Assembly (NCBI GenBank): GCA_950097015.1
Contig: CATNEN010000039.1
Coordinates: forward strand, 6,572,001 to 6,636,000
Source of the DNA: Macrostomum hystrix
Lineage: Eukaryota > Animalia > Platyhelminthes
Direction: 5' to 3'
DNA: 64,000 nt
Shown: in pieces, positions 49,801 through 63,080 of the stretch
How positions within the stretch are numbered: the first letter of the stretch is position 1
Layout of the letters: every line of letters begins with the position of its first letter
The notes under the pieces: model-generated
What the model saw: the letters and a program-made list of their open reading frames with translations, nothing else
What the model was told of the DNA's origin: nothing
Databases searched by the model: none
Made by a program: the position numbers and the translations under genes

Positions 49801-52697
49801 GGATCATTGTCAACTGGGGGATCATCATCAACTGGGGGATCATTGTCAACTGGGGGATCATCATCAACTGTGGGATCATTGTCAACCGGCGGGATCATTG
49901 TCAACTGGGGGATCATTGTCAACTGGAGGATCATTGTCAACTGGGTGATCATCATCAACTGGGGGATCATTGTCAACTGGGGGAACATTGTCAAATGGAG
50001 GAACATTGTTAACTAGGGATCATCATCAATGGGGAGACTTCATCAACTGGGGGATCATTGTGAACTGGGGGATCTTTGTTAACTGGGGGATCATTGTCAA
50101 CTCGGGGATCATTCTCAACTGGGGGATCATTATCAACTGGGGGATCATTCTCAACTGGGGGATCATTGTCAACTGGGGGATCATTGTCAACTGGGGGATC
50201 ATTGTCAACTGGGGGATCATTGTCAACTGGGGGATCGTTGTCAACTGGGGGTTCATTGTCAACTGGGGGATCATTGTCAACTGGGGGATCATTGTCAACT
50301 GGGGGATCATCATCAACTGGGGGATCATTGTCAACTGGGGGATCATCATCAACTGTGGGATCATTGTCAACTGGGGGATCATTGTCAACTGGGGGATCAT
50401 TGTCAACTGGGGGGTCATTGTGAACTGAGAGATCATTGTCAACTGGGGAGTAATGGTCAACTGGGGGATAATTGTCAACTGGGGAATCATCATCAACTGG
50501 GGAGCATCATCAACTGGGGGATCATTGAGAACTGGGGGATCATTGTCAAATGGGGGATCATTGTGAACTGGGGGATCTTTGTCAACTGGGGGATCATTGT
50601 ATACTGTGGGATCATTGTCAACTGGGGGATCATTGTCAACTGGGGGATCATTGTCAACTGGGGGATCGTTGTCAACTGGGGGTTCATTGTCAACTGGGGG
50701 ATCATTGTCAACTGGGGGTTCATTGTCAACTGGGGGATCATTGTCAACTGGGGGATCATTGTCAACTGGGGGATCATCATCAACTGTGGGATCATTGTCA
50801 ACCGGCGGGATCATTGTCAACTGGGGGATCATTGTCAACTGGGGGATCATTGTATACTGTGGGATCATTGTCAACTGGGGGATCATTGTCAACTGGGGGA
50901 TCATTGTCAACTGGGGGATCATTGTCAACTGGGGGTTCATTGTCAACTGGGGGATCATTGTCAACTGGGGGATCATTGTCAACTGGGGGATCATCATCAA
51001 CTGGGGGATCATTGTCAACTGGGGGATCATCATCAACTGTGGGATCATTGTCAACCGGCGGGATCATTGTCAACTGGGGGATCATTGTCAACTGGGGGAT
51101 CATTGTCAACTGGGTGATCATCATCAACTGGGGGATCATTGTCAACTGGGGGAACATTGTCAACTGGAGGAACATTGTTAACTAGGGATCATCATCAATA
51201 GGGAGACTTCATCAACTGGGGGATCATTGTGAACTGGGGGATCATTGTCAACTGGGTGATCATCATCAACTGGGGGATCATTGTCAACTGGGGGAACATT
51301 GTCAACTGGAGGAACATTGTTAACTAGGGATCATCATCAATAGGGAGACTTCATCAACTGGGGGATCATTGTCAACTGGGGGATCATCATCAACTGTGGG
51401 ATCATTGTCAACCGGCGGGATCATTGTCAACTGAGGGATCATTGTCAACTGGGGGATCATTGTCAACTGGGTGATCATCATCAACTGGGGGATCATTGTC
51501 AACTGGGGGAACATTGTCAACTGGAGGAACATTGTTAACTAGGGATCATCATCAATGGGGAGACTTCATCAACTGGGGGATCATTGTGAACTGGGGGATC
51601 TTTGTTAACTGGGGGATCATTGTCAACTGGGGGATCATTGTCAACTGGGGGGATCATTGTCAACTGGGGGGTCATTGTGAACTGAGAGATCATTGTCAAC
51701 TGGGGGGTAATGGTCAACTGGGGGATAATTGTCAACTGGGGAATCATCATCAACTGGGGAGCATCATCAACTGGGGGATCATTGAGAACTGGGGGATCAT
51801 TGTCAAATGGGGGATCATTGTGAACTGGGGGATCTTTGTCAACTGGGGGATCATTGTATACTGTGGGATCATTGTCAACTGGGGGATCATTGTCAACTGG
51901 GGGATCATTGTCAACTGGGGGATCGTTGTCAACTGGGGGTTCATTGTCAACTGGGGGATCATTGTCAACTGGGGGTTCATTGTCAACTGGGGGATCATTG
52001 TCAACTGGGGGATCATTGTCAACTGGGGGATCATCATCAACTGTGGGATCATTGTCAACCGGCGGGATCATTGTCAACTGGGGGATCATTGTCAACTGGG
52101 GGATCATTGTATACTGTGGGATCATTGTCAACTGGGGGATCATTGTCAACTGGGGGATCATTGTCAACTGGGGGATCATTGTCAACTGGGGGTTCATTGT
52201 CAACTGGGGGATCATTGTCAACTGGGGGATCATTGTCAACTGGGGGATCATCATCAACTGGGGGATCATTGTCAACTGGGGGATCATCATCAACTGTGGG
52301 ATCATTGTCAACCGGCGGGATCATTGTCAACTGGGGGATCATTGTCAACTGGGGGATCATTGTCAACTGGGTGATCATCATCAACTGGGGGATCATTGTC
52401 AACTGGGGGAACATTGTCAACTGGAGGAACATTGTTAACTAGGGATCATCATCAATAGGGAGACTTCATCAACTGGGGGATCATTGTGAACTGGGGGATC
52501 TTTGTTAACTGGGGGATCATTGTCAACTCGGGGATCATTCTCAACTGGGGGATCATTGTCAACTGGGGGATCATTCTCAACTGGGGGATCATTGTCAACT
52601 GGGGGATCATTGTCAACTGGGGGATCATTGTCAACTGGGGGATCATTGTCAACTGGGGGATCGTTGTCAACTGGGGGTTCATTGTCAACTGGGGGGG
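46841..52697. repeat. 18-bp satellite (CAACTGGGGGATCATTGT), about 325 copies with internal higher-order blocks
   Basis: Direct periodicity; marker variants (CCGGCGGG, GTATACTGTGG, GGAGGAACATTGTTAACTAGG) recur in order. Confidence 0.97.
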
Positions 52698-52969
52698 TTT
52701 GTATGACGCCAGAATGAGAAATTACGCATGAGATATATGCGTAAAAACCAAGATCCATGCTTGCGTAAAAACTGAATTAAAAAAATAGTGTATATTTAAG
52801 CACTGCAAAACAAAGACAGAATTTAAGTTCTAATCGCAAAAAGCAGAACAAAATCTGAAAAACTACTGCCAATAGTCTTGGTACATATCTTTTTAATTGT
52901 ACCAACTAACAATAACTTTTTAATCTTAAAATCAAAATATTAACACACTAAAAGTGTGGGTAAAGATGT

Positions 52970-53370
52970 GAAAAAGCTGTATATACATGTAAGACTGCGA
53001 ATGAGGCCATAAATGTAAACGTGAGTGAGGCTGTGAATGTAAGTAAGGCTGTGAATGTGAGTGAGGCTGTAAATGTAAGTGAGGCTGTGAATGTGAGTGA
53101 GGCTGTGAATGTGAGTGAGGCTGTGAATGTGAGTGAGGCTGTAAATGTAAGTGAGGCTGTGAATGTGAGTGAGGCTGTGAATGTGAGTGAGGCTGTAAAT
53201 GTGAGTGAGGCTGTGAATGTGAGTGAGGCTATAAATGTGAGTGAGGCTGTGAATGTGAGTAAGGCTGTGTATGTATGTGAGGCTGCGAATGTGAGTGGGG
53301 CTGTGAATGTGAGTGAGGCTGTGAATAAAGTTGTGAGTGTGAATAAGGCTGTGAATGAGGCTGTGAATGA
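52970..53370. repeat. 18-bp minisatellite (GTGAATGTGAGTGAGGCT); shorter versions recur in each downstream spacer
   Basis: Direct periodicity; also at about 55280-55445, 57355-57520, 59315-59480 and 61390-61560. Confidence 0.93.
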
Positions 53371-53372
53371 TT

Positions 53373-56300
53373 TCACAGCGCTTAAGATTTGCAGCATGTC
53401 TGTGTCATTTTGAATAGCTGTATATCCCTCCCATTGTGTGTCACTTCTTTGTTATCCATTGCTTACTGTATATTGACAGCAGCGGATCTCACAGTGTTTA
53501 TGATTTGCAGCATGTCTGTGTCATTTTGAATAGCTGTATATCCCTCCCATTGTGTGTCACTTCTGTGTTATCCACTGCGTACTGTATATTGACAGCAGCG
53601 GATCTCACAGTGTTTATGATTTGCAGCATGTCTGTGTCATTTTGAATAGCTGTATATCCCTCCCATTGTGTGTCACTTCTTTGTTATCCATTGCTTACTG
53701 TATATTGACAGCAGCGGATCTCACAGTGTTTATGATTTGCAGCATGTCTGTGTCATTTTGAATAGCTGTATATCCCTCCCATTGTGTGTCACTTCTGTGT
53801 TATCCACTGCGTACTGTATATTGACAGCAGCGGATCTCACAGTGTTTATGATTTGCAGCATGTCTGTGTCATTTTGAATAGCTGTATATCCCTCCCATTG
53901 TGTGTCACTTCTGTGTTATCCATTGCTTACTGTATATTGACAGCAGCGGATCTCACAGTGTTTATGATTTGCAGCATGTCTGTGTCATTTTGAATAGCTG
54001 TATATCCCTCGCATTGTGTGTCACTTCTGTGTTATCCACTGCGTACTGTATATTGACAGCAGCGGATCTCACAGTGTTTATGATTTGCAGCATGTCTGTG
54101 TCATTTTGAATAGCTGTATATCCCTCCCATTGTGTGTCACTTCTGTGTTATCCATTGCTTACTGTATATTGACAGCAGCGGATCTCACAGTGTTTATGAT
54201 TTGCAGCATGTCTGTGTCATTTTGAATAGCTGTATATCCCTCCCATTGTGTGTCACTTCTGTGTTATCCATTGCTTACTGTATATTGACAGCAGCGGATC
54301 TCACAGTGTTTATGATTTGCAGCATGTCTGTGTCATTTTGAATAGCTGTATATCCCTCGCATTGTGTGTCACTTCTGTGTTATCCACTGCGTACTGTATA
54401 TTGACAGCAGCGGATCTCACAGTGTTTATGATTTGCAGCATGTCTGTGTCATTTTGAATAGCTGTATATCCCTCCCATTGTGTGTCACTTCTGTGTTATC
54501 CATTGCTTACTGTATATTGACAGCAGCGGATCTCACAGTGTTTATGATTTGCAGCATGTCTGTGTCATTTTGAATAGCTGTATATCCCTCCCATTGTGTG
54601 TCACTTCTGTGTTATTCATTGCTTACTGTATATTGACAGCAGCGGATCTCACAGTGTTTATGATTTGCAGCATGTCTGTGTCATTTTGAATAGCTGTATA
54701 TCCCTCCCATTGTGTGTCACTTCTGTGTTATCCACTGCGTACTGTATATTGACAGCAGCGGATCTCAAGGGCTACTCAATGAATTAAAAATGCAGAAAAA
54801 CTGAGTATTCGAAACCCAAACTAGATCAGTGAGTCTGGCTGTGAATGAGGTACTGAATGAGGCAGTGAATGTGAATGAGGCTGTGAATTAGATCGGGTGA
54901 GCTAGCTTTAAAGCAAGTTATGCCTTGCTTGACTTGAACCAGGTAATTGTCATGATTGCGCAATAATCCCCTTTTTGTGTTAGTGTTTTATTTTTAATAG
55001 GAACGCAGTTCTGGGGCAAGTAATACTCAATCTGTTTTTGGTCCTTATCTGTTGGAGGTGTGATTGACAGTTTTGCATGCAGTCATGAAGCTACACTGTT
55101 CATTATTGACACCAGGTTGATATAAACGTATCTTTTTTTGACTACAATACTTACATTAACAATACCAATATTCTTGCGCAATGCCGTTAGCACCCCCAGT
55201 TTTAGGCCTCTCCAACTGTTGCGAAATGTCGAAAAAATCGAGCTTCTGTTTCGGTCTCAAGGTTTGTGCTGTGCACGAGGTTGTAAATGTGGCTATGAAT
55301 GTTAGTGAAGATGTGAATGAGGCTGTGAATGTGAGTAAGGCTGTGAATGTAAGTGAGGCTGCGAATGTGAGTGGGGCTGTGAATGTGAGTGAGGCTGTGA
55401 ATAAAGTTGTGAGTGTGAATAAGGCTGTGAATGAGGCTGTGAATGATTTCACAGCGCTTAAGATTTGCAGCATGTCTGTGTCATTTTGAATAGCTGTATA
55501 TCCCTCCCATTGTGTGTCACTTCTGTGTTATCCACTGCGTACTGTATATTGACAGCAGCGGATCTCACAGTGTTTATGATTTGCAGCATGTCTGTGTCAT
55601 TTTGAATAGCTGTATATCCCTCCCATTGTGTGTCACTTCTTTGTTATCCACTGCGTACTGTATATTGACAGCAGCGGATCTCACAGTGTTTATGATTTGC
55701 AGCATGTCCGTGTCATTTTGAATAGCTGTATATCCCTCCCATTGTGTGTCACTTCTGTGTTATCCACTGCGTACTGTATATTGACAGCAGCGGATCTCAC
55801 AGTGTTTATGATTTGCAGCATGTCTGTGTCATTTTGAATAGCTGTATATCCCTCCCATTGTGTGTCACTTCTGTGTTATCCATTGCCTACTGTATATTGA
55901 CAGCAGCGGATCTCACAGTGTTTATGATTTGCAGCATGTCTGTGTCATTTTGAATAGCTGTATACCCCTCCCATTGTGTGTCACTTCTGTGTTATCCATT
56001 GCTTACTGTATATTGACAGCAGCGGATCTCACAGTGTTTATGATTTGCAGCATGTCTGTGTCATTTTGAATAGCTGTATATCTCTCCCATTGTGTGTCAC
56101 TTCTGTGTTATCCAATGCGTACTGTATATTGACTGCAGCGGATCTCACAGTGTTTATGATTTGCAGCATGTCTGTGTCATTTTGAATAGCTGTATATCCC
56201 TCCCATTGTGTGTCACTTCTTTGTTATCCACTGCTCACTGTATATTGACAGCAGCGGATCTCACAGTGTTTATGATTTGCAGCATGTCTGTGTCATTTTG

Positions 56301-59300
56301 AATAGCTGTATATTCCTCCCATTGTGTGTCACTTCTGTGTTATCCATTGCCTACTGTATATTGACAGCAGCGGATCTCACAGTGTTTATGATTTGCAGCA
56401 TGTCTGTGTCATTTTGAATAGCTGTATACCCCTCCCATTGTGTGTCACTTCTGTGTTATCCATTGCTTACTGTATATTGACAGCAGCGGATCTCACAGTG
56501 TTTATGATTTGCAGCATGTCTGTGTCATTTTGAATAGCTGTATATCTCTCCCATTGTGTGTCACTTCTGTGTTATCCACTGCGTACTGTATATTGACTGC
56601 AGCGGATCTCACAGTGTTTATGATTTGCAGCATGTCTGTGTCATTTTGAATAGCTGTATATCCCTCCCATTGTGTGTCACTTCTTTGTTATCCACTGCGT
56701 ACTGTATATTGACAGCAGCGGATCTCACAGTGTTTATGATTTGCAGCATGTCTGTGTCATTTTGAATAGCTGTATATCCCTCCCATTGTGTGTCACTTCT
56801 GTGTTATCCACTGCGTACTGTATATTGACAGCAGCGGATCTCAAGGGCTACTCAATGAATTAAAAATGCAGAAAAACTGAGTATTCGAAACCCAAACTAG
56901 ATCAGTGAGTCTGGCTGTGAATGAGGTACTGAATGAGGCAGTGAATGTGAATGAGGCTGTGAATTAGATCGGGTGAGCTAGCTTTAAAGCAAGTTATGCC
57001 TTGCTTGACTTGAACCAGGTAATTGTCATGATTGCGCAATAATCCCCTTTTTGTGTTAGTGTTTTATTTTTAATAGGAACGCAGTTCTGGGGCAAGTAAT
57101 ACTCAATCTGTTTTTGGTCCTTATCTGTTGGAGGTGTGATTGACAGTTTTGCATGCAGTCATGAAGCTACACTGTTCATTATTGACACCAGGTTGATATA
57201 AACGTATCTTTTTTTGACTACAATACTTACATTAACAATACCAATATTCTTGCGCAATGCCGTTAGCACCCCCAGTTTTAGGCCTCTCCAACTGTTGCGA
57301 AATGTCGAAAAAATCGAGCTTCTGTTTCGGTCTCAAGGTTTGTGCTGTGCACGAGGTTGTAAATGTGGCTATGAATGTTAGTGAAGATGTGAATGAGGCT
57401 GTGAATGTGAGTAAGGCTGTGAATGTAAGTGAGGCTGCGAATGTGAGTGGGGCTGTGAATGTGAGTGAGGCTGTGAATAAAGTTGTGAGTGTGAATAAGG
57501 CTGTGAATGAGGCTGTGAATGATTTCACAGCGCTTAAGATTTGCAGCATGTCTGTGTCATTTTGAATAGCTGTATATCCCTCCCATTGTGTGTCACTTCT
57601 GTGTTATCCACTGCGTACTGTATATTGACAGCAGCGGATCTCACAGTGTTTATGATTTGCAGCATGTCTGTGTCATTTTGAATAGCTGTATATCCCTCCC
57701 ATTGTGTGTCACTTCTTTGTTATCCACTGCGTACTGTATATTGACAGCAGCGGATCTCACAGTGTTTATGATTTGCAGCATGTCCGTGTCATTTTGAATA
57801 GCTGTATATCCCTCCCATTGTGTGTCACTTCTGTGTTATCCACTGCGTACTGTATATTGACAGCAGCGGATCTCACAGTGTTTATGATTTGCAGCATGTC
57901 TGTGTCATTTTGAATAGCTGTATATTCCTCCCATTGTGTGTCACTTCTGTGTTATCCAATGCGTACTGTATATTGACTGCAGCGGATCTCACAGTGTTTA
58001 TGATTTGCAGCATGTCTGTGTCATTTTGAATAGCTGTATATCCCTCCCATTGTGTGTCACTTCTTTGTTATCCACTGCTCACTGTATATTGACAGCAGCG
58101 GATCTCACAGTGTTTATGATTTGCAGCATGTCTGTGTCATTTTGAATAGCTGTATATTCCTCCCATTGTGTGTCACTTCTGTGTTATCCATTGCCTACTG
58201 TATATTGACAGCAGCGGATCTCACAGTGTTTATGATTTGCAGCATGTCTGTGTCATTTTGAATAGCTGTATATCCCTCCCATTGTGTGTCACTTCTGTGT
58301 TATCCATTGCTTACTGTATATTGACAGCAGCGGATCTCACAGTGTTTATGATTTGCAGCATGTCTGTGTCATTTTGAATAGCTGTATATCCCTCGCATTG
58401 TGTGTCACTTCTGTGTTATCCACTGCGTACTGTATATTGACAGCAGCGGATCTCACAGTGTTTATGATTTGCAGCATGTCTGTGTCATTTTGAATAGCTG
58501 TATATCCCTCCCATTGTGTGTCACTTCTGTGTTATCCATTGCTTACTGTATATTGACAGCAGCGGATCTCACAGTGTTTATGATTTGCAGCATGTCTGTG
58601 TCATTTTGAATAGCTGTATATCCCTCCCATTGTGTGTCACTTCTGTGTTATTCATTGCTTACTGTATATTGACAGCAGCGGATCTCACAGTGTTTATGAT
58701 TTGCAGCATGTCTGTGTCATTTTGAATAGCTGTATATCCCTCCCATTGTGTGTCACTTCTGTGTTATCCACTGCGTACTGTATATTGACAGCAGCGGATC
58801 TCAAGGGCTACTCAATGAATTAAAAATGCAGAAAAACTGAGTATTCGAAACCCAAACTAGATCAGTGAGTCTGGCTGTGAATGAGGTACTGAATGAGGCA
58901 GTGAATGTGAATGAGGCTGTGAATTAGATCGGGTGAGCTAGCTTTAAAGCAAGTTATGCCTTGCTTGACTTGAACCAGGTAATTGTCATGATTGCGCAAT
59001 AATCCCCTTTTTGTGTTAGTGTTTTATTTTTAATAGGAACGCAGTTCTGGGGCAAGTAATACTCAATCTGTTTTTGGTCCTTATCTGTTGGAGGTGTGAT
59101 TGACAGTTTTGCATGCAGTCATGAAGCTACACTGTTCATTATTGACACCAGGTTGATATAAACGTATCTTTTTTTGACTACAATACTTACATTAACAATA
59201 CCAATATTCTTGCGCAATGCCGTTAGCACCCCCAGTTTTAGGCCTCTCCAACTGTTGCGAAATGTCGAAAAAATCGAGCTTCTGTTTCGGTCTCAAGGTT

Positions 59301-62300
59301 TGTGCTGTGCACGAGGTTGTAAATGTGGCTATGAATGTTAGTGAAGATGTGAATGAGGCTGTGAATGTGAGTAAGGCTGTGAATGTAAGTGAGGCTGCGA
59401 ATGTGAGTGGGGCTGTGAATGTGAGTGAGGCTGTGAATAAAGTTGTGAGTGTGAATAAGGCTGTGAATGAGGCTGTGAATGATTTCACAGCGCTTAAGAT
59501 TTGCAGCATGTCTGTGTCATTTTGAATAGCTGTATATCCCTCCCATTGTGTGTCACTTCTGTGTTATCCACTGCGTACTGTATATTGACAGCAGCGGATC
59601 TCACAGTGTTTATGATTTGCAGCATGTCTGTGTCATTTTGAATAGCTGTATATCCCTCCCATTGTGTGTCACTTCTTTGTTATCCACTGCGTACTGTATA
59701 TTGACAGCAGCGGATCTCACAGTGTTTATGATTTGCAGCATGTCCGTGTCATTTTGAATAGCTGTATATCCCTCCCATTGTGTGTCACTTCTGTGTTATC
59801 CACTGCGTACTGTATATTGACAGCAGCGGATCTCACAGTGTTTATGATTTGCAGCATGTCTGTGTCATTTTGAATAGCTGTATATTCCTCCCATTGTGTG
59901 TCACTTCTGTGTTATCCATTGCCTACTGTATATTGACAGCAGCGGATCTCACAGTGTTTATGATTTGCAGCATGTCTGTGTCATTTTGAATAGCTGTATA
60001 CCCCTCCCATTGTGTGTCACTTCTGTGTTATCCATTGCTTACTGTATATTGACAGCAGCGGATCTCACAGTGTTTATGATTTGCAGCATGTCTGTGTCAT
60101 TTTGAATAGCTGTATATCTCTCCCATTGTGTGTCACTTCTGTGTTATCCAATGCGTACTGTATATTGACTGCAGCGGATCTCACAGTGTTTATGATTTGC
60201 AGCATGTCTGTGTCATTTTGAATAGCTGTATATCCCTCCCATTGTGTGTCACTTCTTTGTTATCCACTGCTCACTGTATATTGACAGCAGCGGATCTCAC
60301 AGTGTTTATGATTTGCAGCATGTCTGTGTCATTTTGAATAGCTGTATATTCCTCCCATTGTGTGTCACTTCTGTGTTATCCATTGCCTACTGTATATTGA
60401 CAGCAGCGGATCTCACAGTGTTTATGATTTGCAGCATGTCTGTGTCATTTTGAATAGCTGTATACCCCTCCCATTGTGTGTCACTTCTGTGTTATCCATT
60501 GCTTACTGTATATTGACAGCAGCGGATCTCACAGTGTTTATGATTTGCAGCATGTCTGTGTCATTTTGAATAGCTGTATATCTCTCCCATTGTGTGTCAC
60601 TTCTGTGTTATCCACTGCGTACTGTATATTGACTGCAGCGGATCTCACAGTGTTTATGATTTGCAGCATGTCTGTGTCATTTTGAATAGCTGTATATCCC
60701 TCCCATTGTGTGTCACTTCTTTGTTATCCACTGCGTACTGTATATTGACAGCAGCGGATCTCACAGTGTTTATGATTTGCAGCATGTCTGTGTCATTTTG
60801 AATAGCTGTATATCCCTCCCATTGTGTGTCACTTCTGTGTTATCCACTGCGTACTGTATATTGACAGCAGCGGATCTCAAGGGCTACTCAATGAATTAAA
60901 AATGCAGAAAAACTGAGTATTCGAAACCCAAACTAGATCAGTGAGTCTGGCTGTGAATGAGGTACTGAATGAGGCAGTGAATGTGAATGAGGCTGTGAAT
61001 TAGATCGGGTGAGCTAGCTTTAAAGCAAGTTATGCCTTGCTTGACTTGAACCAGGTAATTGTCATGATTGCGCAATAATCCCCTTTTTGTGTTAGTGTTT
61101 TATTTTAATAGGAACGCAGTTCTGGGGCAAGTAATACTCAATCTGTTTTTGGTCCTTATCTGTTGGAGGTGTGATTGACAGTTTTGCATGCAGTCATGAA
61201 GCTACACTGTTCATTATTGACACCAGGTTGATATAAACGTATCTTTTTTTGACTACAATACTTACATTAACAATACCAATATTCTTGCGCAATGCCGTTA
61301 GCACCCCCAGTTTTAGGCCTCTCCAACTGTTGCGAAATGTCGAAAAAATCGAGCTTCTGTTTCGGTCTCAAGGTTTGTGCTGTGCACGAGGTTGTAAATG
61401 TGGCTATGAATGTTAGTGAAGATGTGAATGAGGCTGTGAATGTGAGTAAGGCTGTGAATGTAAGTGAGGCTGCGAATGTGAGTGGGGCTGTGAATGTGAG
61501 TGAGGCTGTGAATAAAGTTGTGAGTGTGAATAAGGCTGTGAATGAGGCTGTGAATGATTTCACAGCGCTTAAGATTTGCAGCATGTCTGTGTCATTTTGA
61601 ATAGCTGTATATCCCTCCCATTGTGTGTCACTTCTGTGTTATCCACTGCGTACTGTATATTGACAGCAGCGGATCTCACAGTGTTTATGATTTGCAGCAT
61701 GTCTGTGTCATTTTGAATAGCTGTATATCCCTCCCATTGTGTGTCACTTCTTTGTTATCCACTGCGTACTGTATATTGACAGCAGCGGATCTCACAGTGT
61801 TTATGATTTGCAGCATGTCCGTGTCATTTTGAATAGCTGTATATCCCTCCCATTGTGTGTCACTTCTGTGTTATCCACTGCGTACTGTATATTGACAGCA
61901 GCGGATCTCACAGTGTTTATGATTTGCAGCATGTCTGTGTCATTTTGAATAGCTGTATATTCCTCCCATTGTGTGTCACTTCTGTGTTATCCATTGCCTA
62001 CTGTATATTGACAGCAGCGGATCTCACAGTGTTTATGATTTGCAGCATGTCTGTGTCATTTTGAATAGCTGTATACCCCTCCCATTGTGTGTCACTTCTG
62101 TGTTATCCATTGCTTACTGTATATTGACAGCAGCGGATCTCACAGTGTTTATGATTTGCAGCATGTCTGTGTCATTTTGAATAGCTGTATATCTCTCCCA
62201 TTGTGTGTCACTTCTGTGTTATCCACTGCGTACTGTATATTGACTGCAGCGGATCTCACAGTGTTTATGATTTGCAGCATGTCTGTGTCATTTTGAATAG

Positions 62301-62610
62301 CTGTATATCCCTCCCATTGTGTGTCACTTCTTTGTTATCCACTGCTCACTGTATATTGACAGCAGCGGATCTCACAGTGTTTATGATTTGCAGCATGTCT
62401 GTGTCATTTTGAATAGCTGTATATCCCTCCCATTGTGTGTCACTTCTGTGTTATCCACTGCGTACTGTATATTGACAGCAGCGGATCTCAAGGGCTACGC
62501 AATAAAAAAATGCAGAAATAACTGAGTATTCGAAACCCAAACTAGATCAGTGAGTCTGGCTGTGAATGAGGCAGTGAATCAGGCTGCAGTGAATGTGAGT
62601 GAGGCACATT
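53373..62610. repeat. 116-bp satellite in five blocks (about 12, 12, 11, 12 and 8 monomers) separated by a near-identical ~680-bp spacer; higher-order unit about 2 kb
   Basis: ORF starts repeat every 116 bp; the spacer ORF recurs at 55156, 57232, 59192 and 61267 (spacings 2076, 1960 and 2075). Confidence 0.97.
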
Positions 62611-63080
62611 GTACCTAATCTATGTTTCATACTCGTTGATGCACATCTTTCATTTTGAAATAAAGTAATATGCTGTAAAAATGAGTCACTACTGAAATGA
62701 GACAGTCCACCCCTTTTGAGTCTAAAAGCATAATGGGTTTGACACGTTCCATGAATGTTAAATTATTTTGACAACCCCATTCCGAACCAATAAAAATTAG
62801 AGTGAACATTACTTGTTGATGTCAAACTGCCACTTCATATAAAATGGGACTTCAACTGGCTTTTCAAAAAGCCAGATTTCTAATTCTCAATTAATTTCAT
62901 TTTTTCTATATATAATAATTCAAATGTCCAAACAATTTGAGTTTATAAAACAGCTGATAAGCCGCAAAGGCAAACGCTATGACGTCGCTAAGCGGCAAAA
63001 GTCGTTTGAGAAAGAGCTCGCCGCGTCTGATCGATTTCAGTCAATGGTAAGTGAAAGTGAAGAGCATACTTTTACTAATA

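Larger units (their letters stand above)
35308..52697 (+). mobile_element. Helitron 3 (non-autonomous, satellite-bearing); 3' end not found
   Basis: Starts TCCACTATACTAAA with (GGTT)n; has diverged similarity to the Helitron 1/2 5' region (TTCACCAAAA, ATTAAATATT.GAAAA, ATTGCATCG); carries the same 18-bp repeat as Helitron 2. The right boundary is set at the end of the satellite because no hairpin-CTAG was seen. Confidence 0.72.

Noticed and set aside
35905-62610. CRISPR-like array interpretation of the regular repeats
   Set aside because: Units are contiguous tandem monomers with no unique spacers, the ~680-bp spacers in the 116-bp array are near-identical to each other, there are no cas genes, and the context is eukaryotic.
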